A DNA stretch of 64,000 bases, taken from an uncultured Bacilli bacterium (GTDB taxonomy: Bacteria; Bacillota_I; Bacilli_A; RF39; UBA660). Shown one piece after another: positions 10,172 through 19,011 of this stretch. Made by a program: the position numbers and the translations under genes. How positions within the stretch are numbered: the first letter of the stretch is position 1; each line of letters starts with the position of its first letter. The DNA lies in the NCBI GenBank assembly GCA_934162265.1, contig CAKPHZ010000003.1, forward strand, positions 2,852 to 66,851, in the 5' to 3' direction. The notes below the pieces were generated by a model. That model did no database searches and had not been told where the DNA came from. It was given only the letters and a program-made list of their open reading frames with translations.

Positions 10172-12331
10172 ATGAATCAAGAAATTATTAAAGAAATTGC
10201 TGCTACTTTGAATGTTCAGATGAAGCAAGTAGAAAGTGTTTTGAAACTACTTAGTGAGGGAAATACTGTTCCTTTTATTGCCCGGTATCGTAAAGAGGCT
10301 ACGGGGGCTTTGGATGAAGAGCAAATTCGTCAAATTAACGAGGTGTATGAATATCAAGTTAATTTATTGAAGCGTAAGGAAGATGTTATTCGTTTGATTG
10401 ATGAGAAAGGGCTTCTTACGGATGATTTAAAGAAAGATATTATGAAATGTGAGAAGTTGGTTGAGGTTGAAGATTTATATCGTCCATTTAAAGAAAAAAA
10501 GAAGACAAAGGCTACAGAGGCAATTAAGAATGGTCTTGAGCCTATGGCTAAGATTATAATGAGTTTCCCTTTAAATATTGATATGGAGGAACTTGCTGGA
10601 AGATATTTGAATGAGGCAGTTAAAAATACTGATGAGGCAATTCAAGGGGCTAAATATATTATTGCAGAGTGGATTAGTGATAATGCTAGCTATCGTAAAT
10701 ACTTAAGAAATAATATGATGAATTATGGGGTTATTGTTTCTAAGATGAAGAAAAAAGCTGAAGATGAGCATGGTATTTATGAGATGTATTATGATTATAG
10801 TGAAAAAGTGAAATATATTAAGCCTCACCGTATTCTTGCGATGAATCGTGGAGAAAAAGAAGGAATATTAAGTATCGGGATTGAAGTAGATACGGATTAT
10901 GTATTAGGATTTTTTGATAAGAAAATTATTAAAAATGAGAAGAGTCCTGTTACTGAATATGTTAAAGATGCGATTCGTGATAGTTATAAACGTTTGATTT
11001 TTCCTAGTGTTGAAAGAGAAGTTAGAGCAGAATTAAAAGAGGTTGCTGAAACACAAGCGATTGATGTATTTGGAAAGAATTTGGAAAAGTTGCTTTTACA
11101 GGCACCAATGAAAGATAAGGTAGTATTAGGTTTTGACCCAGCTTATCGTACTGGATGTAAGTTAGCCGTTATTGATCCTACTTCAAGGATTTTAAATATT
11201 AGTAAAATTTATCCTCATGAACCTCATAATAAATGGGATGAAGCAAAAAAGATTATTAAAGATTTAATAAAAAAATATAATGTTGATATTATTGCTGTTG
11301 GAAATGGTACTGCTTCTCGTGAAAGTGAAAAGTTAGTAGCAGAAATTTGTCAGGAATATACAGAGAAAAAAATTGCTTTTGTGATTGTTAGTGAGGCTGG
11401 TGCTTCTGTTTATTCAGCTAGTCCTCTTGCTATTTCAGAGTTTCCTGATTTGCATGTTGAAGAGCGAAGCGCAATTAGTATTGGTAGAAGATTACAAGAT
11501 CCACTTAGTGAATTAGTTAAGATTGATTCAAAAAGTATTGGCGTTGGTCAATATCAGCATGATGTAAATCAAAAGAAATTGAATGAGTCTCTAGACTTTG
11601 TTGTTAGTAAAGCTGTTAACGCTGTTGGGGTAAATATTAATACTGCTAGTCCTTCTATTTTGAAATATGTTTCTGGACTTACGAAGACAACAATTGATAA
11701 GATTATTAAGTATCGTGAGAAGCATGGAAAGATTTTATCTAGAGAAGAAATTTTGGATGAAAAGTTAGTTTCTCCGAAGGTTTATGAACAGTCTGTTGGT
11801 TTTATGAGAGTAATTGATGGAGAGAATATTTTAGATAAGACCTCTATTCACCCAGAGAGTTATCAAGCTACTTTAGAACTTTTAACGAACTTAGGTCTTG
11901 ATACTAGTAATATTGGTAGTGAAGAGTTGATGAAAAAGTTAGAGGATTTAGATTTAGAGAAATATTCAAAAGAGCATGGTGTTGATATTTATACTTTAGA
12001 GGATATTGTAAAATGTTTAAAGCAACCAAATCGTGATTTTCGCGATGATTATCAAAAGCCATTACTTCGCAGTGATATTTTAAAGATTGAAGATTTAAAA
12101 AGAGGAATGGAATTAGAAGGAACAGTTCGTAATGTTGTTGATTTTGGGGTGTTCATTGATATTGGGCTTCATGATGATGGTCTTGCTCATATTTCTAAAT
12201 TGACTAAGGATTATATTAAACATCCAATGGAAGTTGTTAATGTTGGGGATATTGTGAAGTGTTATGTTGATGATGTTAATTTAGAGAAAAATAAAGTTAG
12301 TTTATCTTTAATTAATCCATCAGAAATTTAA
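10172..12331 (+). CDS. tex: Tex-like transcription accessory protein (YqgF / HhH / S1 domains)
   Basis: 719 aa. Has the N-terminal VPFIARYRKEATG, the central RuvC/YqgF-like region and a C-terminal S1 domain (GTVRNVVDFGVFIDIG..DGLAHISK). Confidence 0.9.
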   Translation: MNQEIIKEIAATLNVQMKQVESVLKLLSEGNTVPFIARYRKEATGALDEEQIRQINEVYEYQVNLLKRKEDVIRLIDEKGLLTDDLKKDIMKCEKLVEVEDLYRPFKEKKKTKATEAIKNGLEPMAKIIMSFPLNIDMEELAGRYLNEAVKNTDEAIQGAKYIIAEWISDNASYRKYLRNNMMNYGVIVSKMKKKAEDEHGIYEMYYDYSEKVKYIKPHRILAMNRGEKEGILSIGIEVDTDYVLGFFDKKIIKNEKSPVTEYVKDAIRDSYKRLIFPSVEREVRAELKEVAETQAIDVFGKNLEKLLLQAPMKDKVVLGFDPAYRTGCKLAVIDPTSRILNISKIYPHEPHNKWDEAKKIIKDLIKKYNVDIIAVGNGTASRESEKLVAEICQEYTEKKIAFVIVSEAGASVYSASPLAISEFPDLHVEERSAISIGRRLQDPLSELVKIDSKSIGVGQYQHDVNQKKLNESLDFVVSKAVNAVGVNINTASPSILKYVSGLTKTTIDKIIKYREKHGKILSREEILDEKLVSPKVYEQSVGFMRVIDGENILDKTSIHPESYQATLELLTNLGLDTSNIGSEELMKKLEDLDLEKYSKEHGVDIYTLEDIVKCLKQPNRDFRDDYQKPLLRSDILKIEDLKRGMELEGTVRNVVDFGVFIDIGLHDDGLAHISKLTKDYIKHPMEVVNVGDIVKCYVDDVNLEKNKVSLSLINPSEI

Positions 12332-12388
12332 TTCTTGTAGAATTCAACTTATCGTTTGTTAAAGATGGGCCGAATTCTAATAAAACTA

Positions 12389-12417
12389 TTGACAGGTAGA
12401 CAATTATCTTATATAAT
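12389..12417 (+). promoter_or_regulatory. Sigma-70/SigA-type promoter for the tRNA gene
   Basis: TTGACA (12389-12394), a 17-nt spacer, then TATAAT (12412-12417), about 20 nt upstream of the tRNA 5' end. Confidence 0.5.
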
Positions 12418-12438
12418 TTTAATTGTCTACTTGGTTAT

Positions 12439-12513
12439 GCAGCTGTGGTTCAACGATTAGAATTCGGCCTTGCCAAGGCTGAGACGAGGGTTTGACTCCC
12501 TTCAGCTGCTCCA
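12439..12513 (+). tRNA. tRNA-Gly (anticodon GCC) with encoded CCA; integration target of the prophage
   Basis: 75-nt cloverleaf folded by eye. Acceptor GCAGCTG/CAGCTGC, D stem GTTC/GAAT, anticodon stem CGGCC/GGCTG with loop TTGCCAA, T stem GAGGG/CCCTT, discriminator T, then CCA. Confidence 0.75.
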
Positions 12514-12515
12514 TT
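12494..12515. repeat. attL (tRNA 3' end copy)
   Basis: GACTCCCTTCAGCTGCTCCATT. Nineteen contiguous nt are identical to 19660-19678. Confidence 0.75.
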
Positions 12516-12554
12516 ATTGGTTATACCACGTAATTTTACGTGTTATAATATAAA

Positions 12555-13526
12555 TTAATCTTTAAATGGGTGGATTCTAAGATTAAATTTATACAACATA
12601 GTACTAACGAGGTTTGACCTCAAAGAATTAAGAGTTGACAAGACTCTTTTTTCTTGGCTTAAATCCGTATGGGTATATACATTCAATGTAATAGACGGGT
12701 TACTATGCCCTAATCTTCGGGAAATCTCGTTAATAATGATGCCATTATGAAGTAGTAATGTAGCATGACTATGCCTAAACTGATGTAGCGTTATAGGTCT
12801 TAAATTTGCCTTCTGACAGGCTTTTAACTTATAACGGTTAATCGTTGTAGGTGCTAGTGGTTTCATGCCACCAAATATAAAGTAATCATAATCTAATTGG
12901 TGATACAAGTTGTTATAATATTTTTTTAACTTTAGCAAGTCATTTTTTAAAAATTTATCTATTTTAATTTTACGAACTGATGAACTTGATTTAGGTGTAC
13001 CCACTTCACGCTTACCGTGTTCACTTATCGTTTTAGTAATACAAATGTAATCTCCTTGTAAGTCACTAAATTTCAATGCCATTGCTTCACCTGGTCTAGT
13101 GCCAGTAAAAAACATAAGATTAAAAAATTGTTTATATATATTGTTATCAAGATTTTTTATAAAAAGATTAAATTCTTTTAAATTATAAAAATCTTTTTTT
13201 GATGGTTCATATTTTTTCTTAAAATTGCCAACTTTGGAAATAATAGTCTTATCAAAATTGTAAAATAATGAACAAAACTCAAAAAATGAACACAAAATGT
13301 AATACAACGAAGAATTATAACTATTACTGTAATTAAAAGATAGTATATAATCTTGCCATGATAGAATTGTACTAGTTGTAATGTCATCTAAATTATAATC
13401 TTTAAAAAATGGGTGGATTCTAAAGTTAAATTTATATAACATCGTATCAAAAGTTTGTTTTTTATAGTGCTTTAAACTATAGATTTTAAAATTTTCATAA
13501 GCTTCTTTGAAACTCATATTCCTCAC
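12555..13526 (-). CDS. int: Tyrosine recombinase / phage integrase
   Basis: Catalytic signature residues are present: ..TGTRPGEAMAL.., HQFRHSHATLLL and GHSNPSITLNVYTH. It lies adjacent to the tRNA. Confidence 0.85.
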   Translation of the reverse strand: MRNMSFKEAYENFKIYSLKHYKKQTFDTMLYKFNFRIHPFFKDYNLDDITTSTILSWQDYILSFNYSNSYNSSLYYILCSFFEFCSLFYNFDKTIISKVGNFKKKYEPSKKDFYNLKEFNLFIKNLDNNIYKQFFNLMFFTGTRPGEAMALKFSDLQGDYICITKTISEHGKREVGTPKSSSSVRKIKIDKFLKNDLLKLKKYYNNLYHQLDYDYFIFGGMKPLAPTTINRYKLKACQKANLRPITLHQFRHSHATLLLHNGIIINEISRRLGHSNPSITLNVYTHTDLSQEKRVLSTLNSLRSNLVSTMLYKFNLRIHPFKD

Positions 13527-13619
13527 CTCGGTGAGTTATTATATACACTACTTGTTAATTTGTCAAACATCACCTCTTTTTCAAGATTATAACAGTGTTG
13601 TTGTCACTTTAAAAGTAAA

Positions 13620-13817
13620 TTAACTATCTTGTTTTTTAGCTGAAATAATTTCTTTTCTTTTTTGTTCATTACATAAATGTACACCACAGTCCCAAACTCG
13701 ACAAGTAGAACAATCATAATTGCATTCTTTTCTCCAACGTCTTCTTATAGGTTCAACCATTAAATTACAAATCAAATCAAATAAAGAACCTAACATAAAA
13801 GCAATAAATAAATTCAT
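13620..13817 (-). CDS. Small prophage protein, N-terminal TM and Cys-rich tail
   Basis: 65 aa, containing CNYDCSTCRVWDCGVHLC. Confidence 0.35.
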   Translation of the reverse strand: MNLFIAFMLGSLFDLICNLMVEPIRRRWRKECNYDCSTCRVWDCGVHLCNEQKRKEIISAKKQDS

Positions 13818-13841
13818 TAATCTATCTCCTTTCTTTTTTTA

Positions 13842-14036
13842 TTATGGTAATAAATTACCTGAAGAAACATCTATAAGAGCTACTCCCACTATAAACATTG
13901 ACATTATTATACACAAAATCATAATAGGTAATGATGAAAATTCTTCATCACTATGTATAAAAAGTATGTAAAAAAGTAAAAAAGATATTGGTAAAGCTAA
14001 AAAATTAAGTATTAATAAAGTATTTAAATCTATCAT
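13842..14036 (-). CDS. Small prophage membrane protein
   Basis: 64 aa with two hydrophobic segments. Its start overlaps the Rep stop. Confidence 0.3.
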   Translation of the reverse strand: MIDLNTLLILNFLALPISFLLFYILFIHSDEEFSSLPIMILCIIMSMFIVGVALIDVSSGNLLP

Positions 14037-14647
14037 TATTCTACTTCCTTTCTCTTTTTATCTTTCTCAACTTCACTTAAAAATTTATGTCTTTTAGATT
14101 TTATATAAGTATTAAATAATATAGTATGTGTACAAGCTACTAAACACATGTTAGGATACTCTCTTAAATTATAAATTAAATCTCTATATTCCACGATATT
14201 GTTTTCTTCTATAAAATCCAAAATTTCTTGGATAAACTTATCTACTTCGGTCTTAGTTAAAGAATCAACTGAAGATGGATCAAATCCACCAAGTAAAACT
14301 CTATCTCTATCGTCATATTGATATTTATCAGGATTATCAAGATGAATATGATATCTATACATACCTCTTAAACTTTCCAATTTAATTGGTATTGTCATAT
14401 TCAAACTATCGCACAAATCCTTAACATGTTTTTGAGTAGTAGGACCATCATAATTAAAAATTATATGGTAATGAGGCTTCTTCGGTTCTCCTGTTGGATC
14501 TAAATCTTTATCATGTAAAGGACTGATTGCAATTTGAAGTCCAGTTTCCTGGAGAAGTTCGATCCAATTTGTTGGTAGGCTTTCAGGATAAGCAACACAA
14601 GCCCAAATTCTTCCTTTTTTCATAATTAAATACCTCCAATTTGTCAC
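14036..14647 (-). CDS. rep: Rolling-circle replication initiator, pMV158 RepB family (HUH endonuclease)
   Basis: YPESLPTNWIELLQETGLQIAISPLHDKD....KKPHYHIIF and MYRYHIH closely parallel pMV158 RepB (YPESIPSDW..AISPLHDKD..KKAHYHVLY..MYLYLTH). The true start is probably the MKKGRIW methionine. Confidence 0.85.
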   Translation of the reverse strand: MTNWRYLIMKKGRIWACVAYPESLPTNWIELLQETGLQIAISPLHDKDLDPTGEPKKPHYHIIFNYDGPTTQKHVKDLCDSLNMTIPIKLESLRGMYRYHIHLDNPDKYQYDDRDRVLLGGFDPSSVDSLTKTEVDKFIQEILDFIEENNIVEYRDLIYNLREYPNMCLVACTHTILFNTYIKSKRHKFLSEVEKDKKRKEVE

Positions 14648-14666
14648 AATTCACAATGCACCCATA

Positions 14667-14689
14667 GGGGGATGTCGTAGTAATCCCCC
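14667..14689 (-). other. Double-strand origin hairpin with RepB-type nick motif
   Basis: A 6-bp GC stem (GGGGGA/TCCCCC) encloses an 11-nt loop that reads TTACTACGACA on the minus strand. The loop contains TACTACG/AC, the pMV158-family nick sequence. It lies ~20 nt upstream of rep. Confidence 0.65.
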
Positions 14690-14835
14690 CTGGTGTGTCA
14701 AACAAAACCCCTTATTTTTTCGCTTTTTGAAAAAAGCTAGCAAAAACTTTTAATCTTCTTTAGAAGAAGCAATCACAAACCAAAAAAAAAATTTATAATT
14801 TTCCTTGTTGGTTTCAAAATAATTATGGTAGTGAA

Positions 14836-14900
14836 CAGTTTGTCAATAAGCAATCCGGCATAATGCAGTTGCTTATTCCGTTTGCAAAGTTGACAAACAG
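14836..14900. repeat. Long imperfect inverted repeat in the phage intergenic region (candidate packaging signal or single-strand origin)
   Basis: TAAGCAA/TTGCTTA and TTTGTCAA/TTGACAAA arms nest into a branched hairpin. Confidence 0.35.
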
Positions 14901-15653
14901 CTACTTTTTTCTCTTAATTGAACTTTTCTCTACTTCAAACATATCTCCATAAATCTCTTTAATTTCAAAAGGAGATAAATTCAAATCTGTATAAATTCCT
15001 TTGTTATAAAGTGGTTTATCTTTATTTAAGACTGATAAATATTTAGAATTGTAAGAAGCAAAAACTTTTCTAGCTGAAAAAATTCTAAAATGATTATCTA
15101 CATCATAAGTTTTTTGCTCTTTTGTCGGATGATGCCATTTACCGTAATCATCAAATTCATAATAATTTGTATAGTACATAATTCCTACTTTTAAAATTGG
15201 AATAACAAAAAATTTTCTAATTTTCATAAAAACACAAGACACATTTCTCAATTTCTTAACTATTCTTGATGGATGTTGTGAAATATAGATAATATCGTCT
15301 ATATCAAAATGTCTATGAAATTGATTAAATGTAGCTATATTCTTAGGAAATTCTTTATGTTCGTCGGAATCAAAGATACTTTGCACTTCATCAATAATGA
15401 TCAATGAATGCTTTAAAAAACGGTAACGTCCATCTAAATCGGTCAAAGTAACTAAATTAGAATAAATCTTTTTCTTTTTATTTAATAAAACAGGATAGGA
15501 AGTATAAATATTATTCACTATAACAGGTTCATGATTAATAGTTCTTAAAATTCTAGCTATTATATTATTTTCTCTCCTAAAATGTTTTCTAGCTAAATAT
15601 GTAACATAAACATTCTTACCTGAACCAGGTAAACCTGAAACAATCGAAATCAT
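14901..15653 (-). CDS. Zot-like / pI-like P-loop assembly ATPase
   Basis: N-terminal Walker A MISIVSGLPGSGKN and Walker B SLIIIDEVQ. Size and position are typical of inovirus gene I. Confidence 0.8.
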   Translation of the reverse strand: MISIVSGLPGSGKNVYVTYLARKHFRRENNIIARILRTINHEPVIVNNIYTSYPVLLNKKKKIYSNLVTLTDLDGRYRFLKHSLIIIDEVQSIFDSDEHKEFPKNIATFNQFHRHFDIDDIIYISQHPSRIVKKLRNVSCVFMKIRKFFVIPILKVGIMYYTNYYEFDDYGKWHHPTKEQKTYDVDNHFRIFSARKVFASYNSKYLSVLNKDKPLYNKGIYTDLNLSPFEIKEIYGDMFEVEKSSIKRKK

Positions 15654-15859
15654 TTTTCACTATCCCAAAAATTAGTTGAACCATTTATCTTTTTATTTTC
15701 TTTTTTCAAATACTTATTTTCTTCCTCTAACATAGTTATCTTTAAATCGGAATTATACTTCCTATCGAAATACTTGTATCCAACATACAAAATAAAAAAC
15801 ATTATTCCATCAAAACTACCAATTTTCAATAATTCAATAATAAACTCTAAAAAATTCAC
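15650..15859 (-). CDS. Small prophage membrane protein
   Basis: 69 aa with one TM. It overlaps its neighbours by 4 nt. Confidence 0.4.
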   Translation of the reverse strand: MNFLEFIIELLKIGSFDGIMFFILYVGYKYFDRKYNSDLKITMLEEENKYLKKENKKINGSTNFWDSEK

Positions 15860-16065
15860 TTTTTTATCTCCTTATCTAAACCATATTTAATCATTAAATT
15901 TTCTATATTTTTTCTTAAATTTTCATATTCCAAATACAATTCATTATGTTCATTAATATTACTTTCAACCTCAAAATAATCATCTAAAACAAAAATATAA
16001 TCTATAAAAACTTGTCTTAAGTCATTAGTAAAATTTAATATCTTTTTAATTTCTCTATTTTTCAT
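15856..16065 (-). CDS. Small prophage protein
   Basis: 69 aa, in an overlapping gene chain. Confidence 0.4.
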   Translation of the reverse strand: MKNREIKKILNFTNDLRQVFIDYIFVLDDYFEVESNINEHNELYLEYENLRKNIENLMIKYGLDKEIKK

Positions 16066-16357
16066 GATAAATAATCTCTCCTATAATCTCATAAATATAA
16101 GTACTAAATTCTCCAGTATTATAATCAAAACAATGTATTACTATAATATTATTCTTAATTGCAAATTCACTAAAATAATTATCTTTTACTTTTTCAACTA
16201 ATAAATCAATTAATGAACCACCATTTATTATAAAAGTATTTTCTGTCATTCCTTTATTAAAAACTTTATCATCAAACGTACTATCTTCTTGGCTAATATA
16301 AGAATATTCACATTTATAAAACACTTTATAACAAGCATAAATATTTATATTTAACAT
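16055..16357 (-). CDS. Small prophage protein
   Basis: 100 aa, in an overlapping gene chain. Confidence 0.4.
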   Translation of the reverse strand: MLNINIYACYKVFYKCEYSYISQEDSTFDDKVFNKGMTENTFIINGGSLIDLLVEKVKDNYFSEFAIKNNIIVIHCFDYNTGEFSTYIYEIIGEIIYHEK

Positions 16358-16379
16358 AATTTATCAACTACTTTCATTA

Positions 16380-16580
16380 TTAAAACATCCTTTCATAAAC
16401 CCTATAAATTCCTTTTAAAGTAAAATATAAAATACAAAACCAAAACACAAAGAAGTAAATATTTGATAATAATGTAAGTACTAAACTTTCATATCCAGTT
16501 AAAGCAGATAAGTCTAAACTAAACCATCGAGTAAAAGTTTCTAATACAGTTTGCGGAGAAAACGGAATAAAAATACTCAT
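16380..16580 (-). CDS. Small two-TM prophage protein (pVI-like position)
   Basis: 66 aa with two hydrophobic helices. Confidence 0.4.
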   Translation of the reverse strand: MSIFIPFSPQTVLETFTRWFSLDLSALTGYESLVLTLLSNIYFFVFWFCILYFTLKGIYRVYERMF

Positions 16581-16750
16581 TTACTATCACGCCCCTTAAT
16601 AAAATCTAAAAGCAAAAGAAGACAAGAAACAAATAAAGTAGCTATCACAAAGTTATACAAAGTAAAACCAGGAAATAAAGTAAGTTTTTTCAATATATTT
16701 AAAAGTTGAACAATACAAGAACAAATAAATTCAAAAACTTGTAAAAACAT
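16577..16750 (-). CDS. Small hydrophobic prophage protein (not in ORF track, under 60 aa)
   Basis: Own translation: MFLQVFEFICSCIVQLLNILKKLTLFPGFTLYNFVIATLFVSCLLLLLDFIKGRDSK. There is an ATGA overlap with the next gene. Confidence 0.3.
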   Translation of the reverse strand: MFLQVFEFICSCIVQLLNILKKLTLFPGFTLYNFVIATLFVSCLLLLLDFIKGRDSK

Positions 16751-16902
16751 TATCTACCACCTCTAAAAAATCTTAATACATAATAAAATAAAGAAGAAAA
16801 AGTACCAAAAATCATAATTGAAATAATTAAAGTTAAAATTGTATAAATAAATTCAAATTGTTCTGGAACTGGTCCAACAAAACTAACAACAAAATTGTAC
16901 AT
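16750..16902 (-). CDS. Small hydrophobic prophage protein
   Basis: The RBS AGAGGTG precedes the internal ATG at 16902 (MYNFVVSFVGPV...). One TM. Confidence 0.35.
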   Translation of the reverse strand: MYNFVVSFVGPVPEQFEFIYTILTLIISIMIFGTFSSLFYYVLRFFRGGR

Positions 16903-16916
16903 AAAACACCTCTTTT

Positions 16917-18221
16917 CTAAGATTTTAAAAATTTGATTAATGCAATCATACAAGCCATACTAAACGTAGTGATAGCGACCCCTTTAATTTCGATAGGTAA
17001 AGTATTAAAGAATTTAGTAACTAAGCTCATAAAGTTAACAATAGAATCCCAAAATGAAGAAACTGTATCAGTAACATTGGAAACAATATCACTTAAAGTA
17101 AGTTTTTTACTTTCTCCAGGAACATAATTTTCTTCTTCATTCTTATTAGCACTAGAAGGTAACTTATCAAATGGAATAACGTGATATTTCTTACCGCCAA
17201 TCGTGACGACAAGGTCGTCAACGTTGTCGGCGGTAACGTATGTTACATCAAAGATAGTATTGTCAAATTTGAATGATGAACCTTCCTCACAACCTTTTAC
17301 AACGTAAAGAGAATTATTCTGTAAATCTTGTTTCAAGATAGATAATCTATAATCTGTATAAGCATCATACTTAACGTTACATCTATCTTGTACTTTAGAA
17401 CCCATAATGTCATCTTTAGCAGTTTGTCCAAAATTATAAATTGGAGTAATACCTATTGAACCTTTTACTTTTAAATTAGTGGTAAAAGCTTTATCCTGGT
17501 TATAATCTTTTAAATTTAGAATTACATATTCATAATTATCCAAATTGACTGTTGTAGTAGTAGAAGTATCTAACTTATCAAAAACTTTATCATAAGCATA
17601 AAATTGAGGAATAGTGTCACCTACATTTAAAGTTAGAGTTCCTTTATCTCTAAAATTTAAAAACTCAACAGTATTGATATTTTCTAGTGAAGTGGTTACC
17701 TTTAAATCAAAATTAGTAGTTAAAATTAAATCATAAAATTTATTTTGTCCAGCCAATGTCACAGAAGAACCAGAAGATTTTAATTTAAACTCAGGATTTA
17801 TATAAGTTTTCTCATTTAAATCATAACTAGCAAATATTGCACCATCTTCCCTAGGAAGAATATCAATCTCACCGCCGGTTAAACGTAATGATGGTCGAGA
17901 AGAATATAAAAAGAGAGATAAAGAATAAGAAGAAGTTGAATATCCATAATCTAATTGATAATATGGATAAATACTTTTATAATTTGTATTATATAAATTC
18001 ATGATAGAATTGTAAATTTCTAAAAAAATAGTACGATTATATTCTAAATTAAAAAAATCAACTTTTGTTTTAAAATCTGGAAATTCATCATAACCAGATG
18101 TACTATTAATAGAACTTATTACATATTTATCATTTTGAACACCTAATTTAGTATCATCAGCTTTAACATTTGGTGCTAGTACCACAAATAAAGTTAATAA
18201 TGTAAGTAAATATTTTTTCAT
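16917..18221 (-). CDS. Secreted, C-terminally anchored protein; pIII-like adsorption / minor coat candidate
   Basis: Signal peptide MKKYLLTLLTLFVVLAPNVKAD and a C-terminal TM. Size and position match inovirus gene III. Confidence 0.55.
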   Translation of the reverse strand: MKKYLLTLLTLFVVLAPNVKADDTKLGVQNDKYVISSINSTSGYDEFPDFKTKVDFFNLEYNRTIFLEIYNSIMNLYNTNYKSIYPYYQLDYGYSTSSYSLSLFLYSSRPSLRLTGGEIDILPREDGAIFASYDLNEKTYINPEFKLKSSGSSVTLAGQNKFYDLILTTNFDLKVTTSLENINTVEFLNFRDKGTLTLNVGDTIPQFYAYDKVFDKLDTSTTTTVNLDNYEYVILNLKDYNQDKAFTTNLKVKGSIGITPIYNFGQTAKDDIMGSKVQDRCNVKYDAYTDYRLSILKQDLQNNSLYVVKGCEEGSSFKFDNTIFDVTYVTADNVDDLVVTIGGKKYHVIPFDKLPSSANKNEEENYVPGESKKLTLSDIVSNVTDTVSSFWDSIVNFMSLVTKFFNTLPIEIKGVAITTFSMACMIALIKFLKS

Positions 18222-18895
18222 CTTGTTTTCCTCCTTCCTCGAAATAACATAAAAAATAATTCAAAAATCACAAAAGATAAAAGTATCCCTAATGCTGAAA
18301 AAAATATTTTGTTTTCAGTTGCAAAAGTTGCTAAAGAAGATAATTTACTTAAATAGATTGAATAAAAATTATCAAGTGTTGCATCTGCAGGTGTATCTGG
18401 TATATCTGGTTCAGTTTTAGGAATACAAACAGTATCACCTTCAACTAACCAAAAAGTCACATTCTTTAATTTTTCTTGAAGAACATCTAATTCATCTCGA
18501 GTATCATAAAACCAAACATTAAAAGATTTATTAGTTGGATTAAAAGTATATGAAGTTTTATTCAAATCATCTTGATTTAAAGAAATATTAGTTTGGTAAT
18601 AAATTCTAAAATAACTAGAATATTGATAAGAATAATTTAAAACTTCATTAAAAGTTTTAGTACCATCATTTAAATAAAAAGTATAGGTTTTAGAAGTATC
18701 TAAAGTAATAATTTCAGGACTGGAACCATCAACAGTTTTATTTAGAAAAGCAATTCCACCGTGCCAACCGCCAGAACCTTTATTCGAATAATAAAAATTA
18801 ATATCACTAGATAGTAAATTCGTACATTCTTCTGCTTTAACATTTGGTGCTAGTATCACAAATATAGCTAATAATGTAAGTAAATATTTTTTCAT
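18218..18895 (-). CDS. Second secreted, C-terminally anchored protein (paralogous signal peptide)
   Basis: The RBS AAGGAGAG precedes the ATG at 18895. Signal peptide MKKYLLTLLAIFVILAPNVKAE, C-terminal TM, then a RGRRKTR tail. Confidence 0.55.
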   Translation of the reverse strand: MKKYLLTLLAIFVILAPNVKAEECTNLLSSDINFYYSNKGSGGWHGGIAFLNKTVDGSSPEIITLDTSKTYTFYLNDGTKTFNEVLNYSYQYSSYFRIYYQTNISLNQDDLNKTSYTFNPTNKSFNVWFYDTRDELDVLQEKLKNVTFWLVEGDTVCIPKTEPDIPDTPADATLDNFYSIYLSKLSSLATFATENKIFFSALGILLSFVIFELFFMLFRGRRKTR

Positions 18896-19011
18896 AGTTA
18901 CTCTCCTTTCTAATAAAAGAAAAAAAGGATAAGTATTAAATGAGTGAACAAAAATTAACACTTAACCTTTCCCCTTTTAAATTAATGAGTTTATTGTCTA
19001 AATTGTTGATA

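Noticed and set aside
12332-12388. Region after tex containing a TAGAATTC...GAATTCTA palindrome, plus a 14-nt perfect inverted match (GGCCGAATTCTAAT, 12368-12381) to the tRNA D/anticodon-arm region (12456-12469).
   Set aside because: It lies upstream of the tRNA promoter, it is partly explained by the palindromic GAATTC core, and it has no T-run for a terminator. I cannot assign a function with confidence.
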